Assembly (NCBI RefSeq): GCF_001194135.2
Contig: NC_068981.1
Span: 99,581,082-99,645,081, forward strand
Source: Octopus bimaculoides
Taxonomy: Eukaryota
Direction of reading: 5' to 3'
Length of the DNA: 64,000 nucleotides
The notes under the pieces: generated by a model
Told to the model about the DNA's origin: nothing
The model's input: only the letters and a program-made list of their open reading frames with translations
Databases searched by the model: none
Made by a program: the position numbers and the translations under genes
Part shown: in pieces, positions 52,096-64,000 of the stretch
Layout of the letters: each line of letters starts with the position of its first letter
Position numbering within the stretch: the first letter of the stretch is position 1

Positions 52096-54526
52096 TTACA
52101 CAGTGTAATTTTTTCTCAGTACTCTTCATTATTAGAATGTTTTTAAAATGTCTTTTAAAGACTCACTCTTTAAAAAGAGTCAACTGACCACATAAACTAA
52201 TTCATGGGAACATAAAGATTTTCAACTGATTACACCACTATTTCATTTATAATATTCACTTCAAAAAGATAGAGAATAAGATAACAATGATGTCAAAATT
52301 TTTGCTACACAGTCATAGACTTCATTTTTGTCTTCCTGTTTAAATTTAGTTCTCATTTTCACTTTCCTAACTTTCTATTCTTCCCCTCTCTTGCTTGTTT
52401 TATTAACCACTCACTCTTTCTTCATACAATCATCCTTCTTGCTTCATCTAACTATCATTCTCCACCTGTTTTATTCTCTCTCTTTTCATTCCCACTCTAG
52501 CATTTTATTACATTCATGAGTCAGAGAGAAAATGTATATATATAAATACACATGACATATTATCATATTGAATATATATGAGTTATTTCAAAGATTATAT
52601 CTATATAAAATAAAAAAAACAAAACAAACAATATCTGGTGGGAGGGAGAAACCATCACTAACAATATTGGTTTGTTATTCCTCCTTACAACAAAATAACT
52701 TTTAAAAGATAAGTGTCTTGATCATGGATTCAATGCAGTGCTAGTGATGTTTACCTGATGTTTTTTAATTCAGCTACTTCATATTCAGTTACCTGTTACA
52801 CGAAAGTGATGCGGTCATGTTGCATAGGTGATAATCTAATTTTCTACATCACATTCAAGGAAGAGTGAAAAAAATCATATTAATAAGATATCTCCACACC
52901 ACACACCCTTTAAACATGAGTTGTACTGAACTAGAACCCTGACAGTCAGTCTAAATGCTAGGCTTTCTTATCACTGAGGATCTCTCAACATGAAATACAT
53001 CCTCAAGTATAGTTAGGACTGCATTCCAAAGACTAGTCCTTCTCTTTAGTGTCAGAAGGTATTTTAATCCCTAGCAAGCTCGAGTAAGGCCCACAATGGA
53101 ATACTGTACCCAGACCTTGGGATGGTGCTGTTACTACTCTACGACTCACACTTGTATCCTGTACTGCATCCAGAGAAAGGCCACTTGGATGATTTGCATC
53201 CCATTACAAAGGGCACATTCCAGCCTCTGGCCCACAGACAAGCTGTCCTCTCTGTTTCTTTTTCTTTTACTACTCTATCACCCAGGTGCCTCTGATCCAA
53301 TTATGTCTCTGCCTCTTTCACTCTTCCTACATCCAATTCTCCCATTTCTAGAATGAACCACTATGCTGAATCCTTCTTCTTCAGAACATTGCCCACTAGA
53401 ATCCCCTCCCTGCTAACATCTTTCCTGCAAGTGTTTAGACATAACAGTTGAAGCAGAACATTAATGACATTATGCTCAACATGATGGAGGGCCTTCAAGG
53501 GCCACGGGCTCTAACCTCTTCTTCCAGATTCAGACTCAGCAAGGAGAAAAAAAAAAAAAAGATATATTCCTAAAATAGTAAGGGAATAAAGAAGACAGCC
53601 TGGCACATGGGTTTCCAGATCAGGAAGTCCAGTAAATCTTCACACACATACACACACACACACACACACTTCTTGTATTCCTATTCGATTCAATTTTTGA
53701 ACTTATTTTTATATACTGTATCAAATACACCATATATATTTCTTTTCTTTCTCAATTGATATGATCTTTAAGTGATCTTTCACCGAGGCTTCTCTGGCAT
53801 TTCACATATGTTGTGCAAGATATTTCCAATCTACTCAATAAAATGATATGAAATAAAACAAAAGTGGCTATTTTCTTTTCTTCACTTCTCATATTTCTTC
53901 GACAGTCTTTTACCAATATCTATTACAACATCAACCTCTGACATTTATTCTCCAAGATGTTAGTGTAGAGTTTTTTTTTACTACATTAAAATATCAAAGT
54001 TCCTAAATGTAAACCTCTAATAAAGTTAAGGTTTGATTATGCTTAAGCCATTTCAGATTTAAAACAAATTTAATCTCCCCCACATTCACTCTATGTATAT
54101 ACACACACACAAATGTAACTGTATACACACACATTATTGGATAGTTGAATTTATTAATATTTCTAATTTGCAAATATCTTCATCGAAACCTAGCAAGGTA
54201 TTTTTTGTTTTTACCTTACAATCTGTAGGATTAAATAAATCTTAGGAATCATCATCATCATCGTCAACAACAACAACAACAGCAGCAGCCACCGCCACCG
54301 CCATGAAATAATAATGATTTCTTATATTGGCAAAAAGCCAGATAATTTTATAGTCAATTGTACTGACTGCAGTCCTTCACTAGTACTTTATTGCATCTGT
54401 TCCCTGGATGGATGAATAGCCATAGTCAATCCTTGGGGTATTTCAACTCAGAAGAACATAAATGGACATAGCTACATACTTTAAAGGATGTCATTTGGTT
54501 CTACCAGTTGTGCCCTTCATCATACT

Positions 54527-54593
<67 letters not shown>

Positions 54594-54597
54594 GCTA
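54527..54597. repeat. (CTA)n trinucleotide microsatellite, more than 20 units
   Basis: Direct reading. Confidence 0.95.
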
Positions 54598-55905
54598 CAT
54601 ATAATTAATTTCTAACACAGGCATGAGGTACAAATCTGGGCAGGTGGTGGTGGGGGTAATTAGCCAATTATATCAACCCCAGTACTTGATTAATGCTTTA
54701 TTTCATCAAACATTATACAAGGATGAAGAACAAAGTTGATCTTGGCAAAGTTTGAATCAGAAATATAAAAAATCAGAACAAATGCCACAACACTCTATTG
54801 AGTCAGCAAATCCGCCACCCTCTCACTACTATCAATAATAATGATAATAAAAATTATGATGATTTCTTATATGATAACAAAGCAATACATTTACTGAAGA
54901 GGGTGTATAGTCAGTTTAACTGACACCCCATTCCTCCCCAGTAATACATTTATCAGACCTGGAGACATCAAAGTCATAATTGTCCTCAATGGGATTTGAA
55001 ATCAAAGCGTAAACAGACCTAACTAATTTATTGAACAGTTAATAACATTAAATATAAAGCATTTTGCTTGGTTCTGCTTTTTCTTTTCCTGAAGAATTTA
55101 TTTCAAGTGATAGTGTATAAGTCTACATAGGTAGTAGAGTAGATGTGGTCTTAGGAGAGAGCATCTTTGAAAACAAAACAATATTCTTTATTATAGCATT
55201 GTCAACTCTTCTACCCTGAGAGATGTTATTTTTTATTTTATCGTTACAACAAAAAGTGAATGTGCTATTTAGAAAACTGAGAAAATACTGGTTTACTTCT
55301 CTTCACTACTCCATCATGACTATATTATTGAACTTGCTTAAAATTTGTTAAAAAAATAATGTATGTAGCAAACACTTTCAACAATCTTCACTCTGGAATG
55401 AAATTGAAGACATAATCTATATATAATATTCTGCTATGATATAACTAATGTGTGTGGGTGTGTAAGGTCACATTTAGCATGTTCAAGTACAGTTGGATGT
55501 GAAAAGGCTTTATGCTGCAGAAATAGTCTCGAGAGAAAACTGTGCATAACTATGCATCTGTATATCGATTCATTGGAGTCCCTTTTTGTTTTTTTTCTTC
55601 TCCCAGCTTTCACTGTTACCACCTTCCTTTACTAACACACTAAATCTCAACCCATATTTTAAATTTTCTCTCACTGTCTCTTTCATTCTCTGTGACAGAT
55701 GGATAAACCATTGTATTGAAGAGTTATGTTAAAATTTTTAGTCCAATTTGCCTTCTCTCTCTCTCTCTCTCTCCACGCATACACATATATTGCATATATC
55801 AGTATCGTCATCAACCTCACTGCAGTCAGCATGACTATCATGGCCACCAACAATCTTTTACTCTACTTACTTCCCTTAGCAAAAGTGGATCCCTTACATT
55901 AAAGA

Positions 55906-56391
55906 TACAATGATATTAATATTGGTCTCAAATTTTCGCACAAGGCCAGCAAATTTTAGGGAATTGCTTACATCAACCCCATTGCTCGACTGGTACTTAT
56001 TTTATAGACTCTCTAAAGATAAAAAGCAAAACTGACCTCAGCAGAATTTGAACCCAGAATGTAAAAGGGGAAAAAATGTTACTATGCATTTTACCTGATA
56101 TGCTAATGATTCTGTCAGCTCATCGCCTTACAATGATATTATGATAACACTAAGGTGATGAGCTGGCAGAATTGTTAACATTCCAGACAAAATGCTTAGT
56201 GACAATTTGTTCATCTTTACCTTCTGAGTTCAAATGCTGTCAAGGTTGACTTTGCCTCATTGCCTTTCATCTTTTCAGGTTGATAAAATACGTACCAGTT
56301 GTGGACTGGGATCAATATAATCAACTTGCCCCCTCTTCCAGACTTGCTGGCATTGTGCCAAAATATGGAATCAATATTATGCTAACACTAA
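55906..56391. mobile_element. Two family D SINEs head to head (minus about 55919-56128, plus about 56151-56374), each with its own TSD
   Basis: TSD tacaatgatatta at 55906 and 56129; TSD tattatg(a/c)taacactaa at about 56137 and 56375. Confidence 0.85.
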
Positions 56392-56663
56392 CACAAGTCC
56401 ACAAGGTTTAGAAGAGGGTGTACAGTTAAATATATGGACCTGGAACTTAATTTTGTCAACTCATGTATAGGGAACATCATAGTTGACCTTGTTTGGATCT
56501 GAATTTTGAACATAAACTGACAAAGCTAAACTCTAAAAGATATTTTTTCCATGGCTCTACTCATTCTAATACCCACTCTGTCTTCCAACTGGCTGAGTAA
56601 TAAAAATAGTGCATTTTTTACTTCCAGTGATGTTGTATTTAAAATAATTCATGAATTTCTTAC

Positions 56664-56714
56664 CTTAAACATAGGTCCCATGTAATATTTTTTGCGGATT
56701 ATTTTTTTATTTGT
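56664..56714 (-). CDS. CNGB: CNG channel beta subunit, most upstream exon found in window (S2-S3 linker): TNKKIIRKKYYMGPMFK
   Basis: tttctttacag|ACA...AAG|gtaaga; 51 nt, phase 0/0; resembles the CNGB 'RKNY...MFK' linker and joins in frame to the next exon. Confidence 0.85.
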
Positions 56715-59700
56715 CTGTAAAGAAACAAGCACATAATAAGTGAAAAATATTAATAATATATTAGAAATATAAAATCAGTTGAGGCATTTGATAAAAGTAG
56801 ACTGACATGTAAATTATATATCTGTTCAAGTAAGATTGTTGTGCCCTGATTAGTAAACTAATCTAATGTTCCAGTCGTGACCATCCCATCTAACCCATCT
56901 TTTTCAGGCATAGTGTATTTAGGACTGCATTATACAATGTTTTTCCCTACATTTTTTTAAAGATAACAGGGTGTGATTTGAAAGAATTTAGGTGGCTATT
57001 TCTACCCAGTCAAGAAACAACATAAAAGCAATTGCTCTAATAAGTTTATGACAATACTGTAATCTTACACATAGGATGATGTCTTTGATGTCTGCAGCAT
57101 TTAAATGCTTTGCTACAGCCTGTGTAATATAAAGAAAGAAAGCGATAGATAGATAGACATAATATATATATGTGTGTGTGTGTGGAGAGAGGGAGAGAGA
57201 AAAGAGGTGCATGAGCAGAAAAAAGATAGAAAAAAAGGGAACACCTAAAACAACCTTTTGCAAGTTACTAGCTATATTTTGGTGGGGTTCAATAAAAACA
57301 TTCTGGTAATAAATGACATTGCTATGATTCATTATTCTGTAATAACTCACTATTTCAAAACTTGTTATTTTCAATTAGGCAATTTTTTAACCAAGCTTTT
57401 CAAATTTGACTGATGATGTCATAAAAAAACTGACTGGTATTTGTTTTTGAATATACTAACTTGCATCAGCAAAAAGCCAACCTGTAAATTTCATGAATGC
57501 ACTTGATACCATCGATGAATTGACCTATTAAACTTGTTGATAGTGATCAATCAACCCTACTATAAGGTTAAAAAAACAACAACAAAAAGCAGAAGAGCAG
57601 AGGACAGAAAACAGTCATGCATTCTTGACAGGCACTATTCAATATCAATTGATGTTTTACAACCAAATCTCTCAGATATAAAGTCTGCAGCAAAAATGAT
57701 CAAGAACATTGAGTATTGTTCCTTGTGCAAAAACCAATACAAATATTAACACGTTTCCTCTGCATTTCTGTATGCCCTCTTTTGTGCATTCATCTGCAAA
57801 CTTCACTTGCATAAATGAAACAGCAACTTTTCTTTGTTTGTTCTGTTGACACCCAATTTTGCCCAACAATCTGGCTTAAGCCTCACAAGACCAAACTACT
57901 TAACTTTTTACAGTCCACCTTCAGTACAATTCTTTATTCATAACATACAAAAGTATGTGCAGCTGATATTTGAAACAAGTGAATGCACATTTTTATGATA
58001 TCTTATTTCCTTTTGTCTACACAACATTCATAAAGCACTCACATAACGCACTGTTTTCTTGCTTTGCATTAGTTTTTGCTGTCTGTTTTTTGCATAAATG
58101 CTTTTGTTTTCTTTGGGCACTCAACTTTAACAGCATTTTCCCTGTTGGTTTAAACAAGGGTAAAACATATATGCACTCTAGGACCTGTGTCTTCATTGAT
58201 TGTTTCTACATATGTGTCAACCCTTCATGTGCTATTTTTATTGGACACTGCACCTAGTGACGATTCCTATTGCACTCACAATACAGTTTAACAACTTGAC
58301 TAGATTTGTCATACTGCTTGCCATTTTTTCCCTGGGTATTTCAATAAAGAACATAAACTATGTTTTGCACACTGCTTCTTTTAGCTGTTAATCATCTTTC
58401 ATCTAACTCTGGTCACAGTATGTAGAAAAAAATTGTTTGAGACAGCTGATCATATTCAAACTTACTTGACCATGTACTTGCATGTATATACAATCTGGAT
58501 ACTACTACCTCACACACATACACACCCATTACACATTCATGTATAAAGCAAATTAGTTTCTCACTCCTGACACTCAAGGTGCACATTTCTAGCCTTGTAC
58601 CACATTCACTTTTTGGTGTACATTTTTTGTGTGCACATTAAAAACTATATTAGTGTTCTCATATCACTGGTTCTTTATCCTTATTTCTCTGCAGAACTTG
58701 CCAGCACAGCATGCAACACTTGTATCCTGATTTTGATTGTAGTTATGCAACCAGCTCCCTGCACAGAGAGTAATGTAGGTCACTGTCTGAATCTTAGCCC
58801 AGGACTTGCTATTTCCAATCAGAAAATTTTCCAGTAAACAACAACTGAACTTTTCAAATTGACTAATGACATCATCAAAAAGCTGCTCGCTATTTCTTTT
58901 TTAATACACTAACTAACATTGGGCAAACCTGTCTACAGCATAAACAACCAAAATAGCCATTAGTTTAAAGGTGACACTATGACAGATGACACTTGCAGCT
59001 CTCTCTCATGTTCACATAACTACAAAACTAATCCATAACCAAATTACTATGAAGATAACTTTCTCTCACACTCTATGTAATTCTCTATTGGATAGTCATG
59101 TCTGATACAAACTTTTAACAAACATGTAATGAATTGAAACTTTATACTTCTTTCATCTACTACCTTTCTAGTAAATCTTTTTGTTGAAATGATGACAATA
59201 TTCATTCTTACTGTTACAAGCTTTTTTGTCCCCTTACATTGTCGGACAGAGATAACTTAATGATAATCTTAGTTGTTGTTTAGATGCAAGTCAGCTTCGA
59301 GGGAGCAGATCTATGATGAAATGTGTTTCATTTGTAACTACTGTATCTTTTACATAGAGATTAGGACCACATTACATTGGGTGAAGCTCCCCCCACTTGC
59401 GTGGGAGGTTAACAACAGAAAAGAGTGACAGTATAATAGATCTATGAAAGTTTTGGCAAAATGTTTAATAGTCCTGTCAACGTGAGATAATGTTATGATA
59501 AAAGTAGGGGATGTGAATCTGTGGTGGACTGTTTTCCCAATTTTAATGTTGTAATTATTATTGTTGTCAATGTAAACAAATAACTATAACAGTTTTGTGA
59601 TTAATTTAAGAACTTTATTGCTGCTTTTATGATTGCATTATCTAGTGTTGAAAACAGAATACATAATTAAACTACATCAAGATCTGAGTTTGGAAATTGA

Positions 59701-60327
59701 ATACATTTCCAGCTGTAAGGAAAAAAAAATTCCCAGGCCATCTTGAACAGCTCATTACAGTCTAAAGAAACTCATTATGGTCTAGAGAAGCACAATACAG
59801 ATTATTAGAGGTGATTTTCCCAGCCAGGCAAATTCATGTGAAGAGTGTAGAATAAAATCTTAATTTATGTTTTATGTTTAGAGAGCAAACCAAAACTTGA
59901 AATTACAAGAAGAGAATCATTTTTGTCTCATATTGCTAAATATGGCTTTTTTTTTTTGGTAATGGTGGTGGGAAGATTTTTTAACAATTACAAGAAAGGA
60001 TAAGAACTGCCAATCGACAAACAATCCTAGTGCACAAGGCTATGAGATAGCACTAGTTTTGTAAACTTGTTAAGAATCTGAAAACAGGGTTTCAATCTGG
60101 TATCATTTAATGGAATATATATTTGATTTTAAGACTGAACATAAAGACAAGAATTCTCAGCATCACTGACAAAGAGGAGAGTGAAGATAATTTCATGAAT
60201 CAAAAATTCACACACAGACACAGACACACTTAGATATATAGACAGATATATGCACATATCTTTACAGCCGCAACATGGTCACTTGGCATGCGAAAAATAG
60301 CAGTCAAATTTCCCTATAATCACACAC

Positions 60328-60826
60328 ACACATCATCATCATCATCATTTAATGTCTGTTTTCCATGCTGGCATGGGTTGGACAATTTGACTGGGGTTTG
60401 GAAAGCCAGGAGGCTGCACCAGACACCAGTCTGATCTGGCAATATTTCCACAGATGGATGTCCTTCCTAATGCCAACCACTCCGAGAGTGTAGGGGGTGC
60501 TTTTTATATGCCACCGACACAGGGGCAAGAGGGGGCTGGCATCGACCACGATCGGATGTTGCTTTTTACATGCCACCGACACGGGGACCACAACTACAAT
60601 TTCCATTTGATTGTGATTTGATTTCATTTTGATGTTGATGTACTTGACTCAATAGGTTTCCTCAAGCATGACATGTTGCCTTACAATCCAAAGGTAATTT
60701 TTGAGTTGGCTGGTTATGCAACACTGGTGTAGGTTACAGCTGTGATCTCACTTTATTTGCCAGCATATCTCCAGAGGTCTCTGTCTTTTGTCATTTCTTC
60801 AGTGAGGCCCAACATTCGAAGGTCAA
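60328..60826 (-). mobile_element. Second truncated copy of the same RTE 3' end; shorter 3' fragments at about 519-760, 862-962, 16570-16670, 21036-21255 (minus) and 31283-31455, 33525-33720 (plus)
   Basis: Reverse complement tgaccttcgaatgttgggcctcactgaaga matches 21887 tgaccttcgaacattaggcctcaccgagg; (ATC)n tail at 60332-60348. Confidence 0.8.
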
Positions 60827-63800
60827 ATAAATATAGATATCTTTTTCTCCTCTGAGTATAATTGTGTTTTGGGGACAGAAAACTATCTCTACTTAACTAC
60901 GTAACCTTACCGTAATCACATGTATGTATACATGCATGTATGTATGCAAGTGTGTGTGTGTATGTGTGTGTGTATATAAGATAGATAATTATAGATTTTT
61001 TTCTCTTCTAAAACTTTCAGTTAAATAGTATTTTTGTTTACTTTTTATTATAAAAACCATTTAATTTATATGAATCTATCTTTACAGCTGGAGCATAGCC
61101 ACTCAACATACTAGAAAGAAGCTTTCAAAGCTTCTCATAATTTTCTCTCTCGTTTTTTCTTTCTCTCCATCTCTGTCTACTTTCTGCATTCTCTTTCCAT
61201 TTCTATCTGTGTAATTTTCATATTTTCTTTCCATCTCTCACAATCTTCCATACACTTTCTTTCTTTCTCTATCCACACACACACACACACTAACATATAA
61301 ACAGCCAAACCACACACACACACGGACCCACACGCACGCATACATACCTCCCTCTCTTGCACTCTCCTGTCTTAGAAAAGAACTTTTTCTTCATCCATTC
61401 CCTTCCGGTCATTCCACAATGTAACCTCGCGTATATCGTTGGCGATTTTTTCTTCCTCCACCTTCCCTTCTTTGGACTTTCCTATATTTCCAACGAGGAG
61501 CTTCGCTCGAAACGTCAAATTCTCTTTCTTTCCTTTCCTGAGCGTCCATTAACACAATATCTGTATCACGTCCTCACGTTGTTGTTTTTTGTTGTTTTTT
61601 TGTCGTTTTTCTTGTTTGAACTCACTATATATGCATATGTGTGTGTGTATAAAATATTCAAAAAAGTGAAAAGATGAGGCTGATTACAGTTGTTAAACAA
61701 TTCTTCACCCACAGCCCCACATAACTAGGCTTTAGGCAATGTAAGAAATGGTTATTATCATCATCATCATTATTATTATTATTATTATTATTATTAGCAG
61801 AATCATTAGCACACTGAGTGAAATGCTTAGTGGTATTTTATCCATTTTCATGTTATGAGTTGAAATTCCGCCATGGTTAACTTTGCTTTCATATTTTGGG
61901 GTTGATAAAATAAGTACTAGTTGAGTACTGGGGTCAATGTAATTGACTTACCCCCTCCCCCAAATTGCTAACCTTGTGCCAAAATTATCATTATCATTAT
62001 TGAGTAAGAGAGCAATGCATACCATCAAAGTGACACTGGGGTACAAACATATGAAGCCCAATATACCCATCATGACTCCAAAATATAATTCCTTTAAATG
62101 CTTGAAATAATTTCCAATTTCTCCTTTTCTGAATCATATTCTTGTCTCTTCAGTTAAATAAATTAGAAATATATTGACTAAAATGTCATTGCTGTAATGC
62201 TTGTGTGTAATTTTTGTTTTATAATAAGTTATAATGCAAATTTTGAAAAGTTATAAAAAATCTAAACAATGTATATGGAATAATAAATTTGTGCAGAATT
62301 ATTATTCAGATTTAACTAATTAGCCAACAACTGAGTTGCTAGAGAATGTAGGTGACAAGAGTGTTTCCTTCCTGTCTGAAAGTTGTAACACTCCTACTTT
62401 TCCTCACAGGAACCAGTGAATTGATATTCAACTAAGCATAACTATGTGATTAAGAAATTTGGTTTCTCTCCACATGGTTCCAGGTTCAACTCCACTGTGT
62501 AGCACCTTGGACAAACTCTGTCCTGGAACTAAGGTTAACTTGAGGTCAGCTACAAAATAAATTTTATAGCCAATATCAGATTTCAACATATTTCCATTGC
62601 TTTCCTTAAACATAGTAGAATAATGAAATATGCGAGCCACAAATAAATAAACCCAGTTTGCTTCGAACCAGGGGCACACTGAGCAGTCAGTCAATCGGGC
62701 ACTGCTTGAGTGCCCAGAGCTCTGAGGGGCCCACACTTTACATGTTAATTCTACTCATATCAATGCTAAGGAGCCCAGTAAACAGTTATTCCTGAGGGCC
62801 TTTAATACTCTCAGTCTGCCCCTGCTTCGAACCATGCTTGTAGAAAGACCCTGAATAAAGGTGCATAGTAGAATATTGAGGGTTGCACATGCATCTGCAC
62901 ATACTCTGTGCAGTAGAGACATGTGTCATTTTAACTATCTAATTATGCTGTATAACTAACTGTCAAATTAAAAGAAAAATTTGAAGATGTACCAGTCTCC
63001 GTATTCTTAGTAATTGTCTGAAATTTATACTCCCCAAAATATTCATAATCCAAGGAGATAAACCCAGATTTACCCATCAAAAGAATTATAGCAGGATTAC
63101 TCATACTAAATGATCATTGAAGTTTATTACTATTTGATGTGGTTAGCCAGAACTGGAATATGCCTGAGAGCTATTACAATACCCATCTATATAATTTATC
63201 TCTATATACTCATCTTATGTGTGGGTGTGCAGTAGTAGTAGTAGTATATATATCAAAACAGGAGACTGGTAAAAATTTGGTATATTTATAATTCAATCTA
63301 ACATGCGTTACATTACAAGATAGGAGTTGCAATGGTATACATGTAGAAAAATCATGTATAGAATCTCCTAAGAGTAATTCTTCAAAGATTTTTTAAAAAA
63401 TTGCCTGAAGAATTACAGATAGGAGATTCTATACATGTAACATTTGTAACCCCTATCTTGTACTGAAACATATGTAACATAGAACTAAAAATATACCAGA
63501 TTTTTTCAGTTTTCTGTTTTGATATGTAATTACTCAACAAACTAAATTCACCAAAAATTTCAGTTGCTATGTATATCACAGTTAAAAAAAAAAAAAAAAA
63601 AGTAACAAGAAAAGGTCATTCCGAAAAAGAAATCTACCAAGAAGAGACATGGAAATGCTATTACAAGTGGTTGCTGAATATAATTTTAAGTAGACAGCCA
63701 TGCAGTCCAAAATGGTCATTAGCACTATGATGGCAAGGAAAGAAACCAGTCCATTGGGATAGTCACTGAAATGTTAGAAGTATCCAGCAATGTAAGATAT

Positions 63801-64000
63801 ATGCTAGTCACTCACATAATCAATCAGACCTTTGACAAGATACTACACTCAGTAGTTTAGTTGTCATTAAGAAAACTATGTGTAGATGAATGACTTGTGA
63901 CAGCCAGGCAAACCAGGTACAAAGATGCCACGAATCTGTAAGTAATGAATTCAGCAAGGAATTTAGCATGCAGATAAAATTTAGCCTGTTCTTGTGTAAT

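Noticed and set aside
56988-58400. 128-aa ORF and nearby coding-like text, examined as the missing S1-S2 exons
   Set aside because: No CNG S1/S2 motifs (e.g. YNAW.IP, D.IY..D) with usable splice sites. Possibly a decayed transposon, which I cannot classify.

Overview
AT-rich, microsatellite- and SINE-dense eukaryotic DNA, most likely Octopus (inferred from the repeat families, not from a search). The window holds one protein-coding gene: a cyclic-nucleotide-gated channel beta subunit (CNGB/TAX-2 type) on the minus strand. I traced 14 GT-AG exons by hand from 56714 down to the TGA stop at 5358-5360. Their splice phases chain without frameshift into 2112 nt (703 aa plus stop), running from the S2-S3 linker through S3-S6, pore, C-linker and cyclic-nucleotide-binding domain (CNBD) to a long low-complexity tail. 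I could not find the N-terminal/S1-S2 exons, which probably lie beyond 64000. Introns and flanks contain tRNA-derived SINEs, RTE and RLE-type LINE fragments, Tc1/mariner and hAT remnants, MITEs, long inverted repeats, a decayed 5S rRNA copy abutting a SINE, and two N gaps that look like contig overlaps. The most interesting non-coding signal is a set of hammerhead-ribozyme motifs in Penelope-like inverted repeats; one at 3457-3512 has an intact catalytic core. I see no evidence for a wholly new multi-gene system. Repeat boundaries are approximate unless TIRs or TSDs are quoted.
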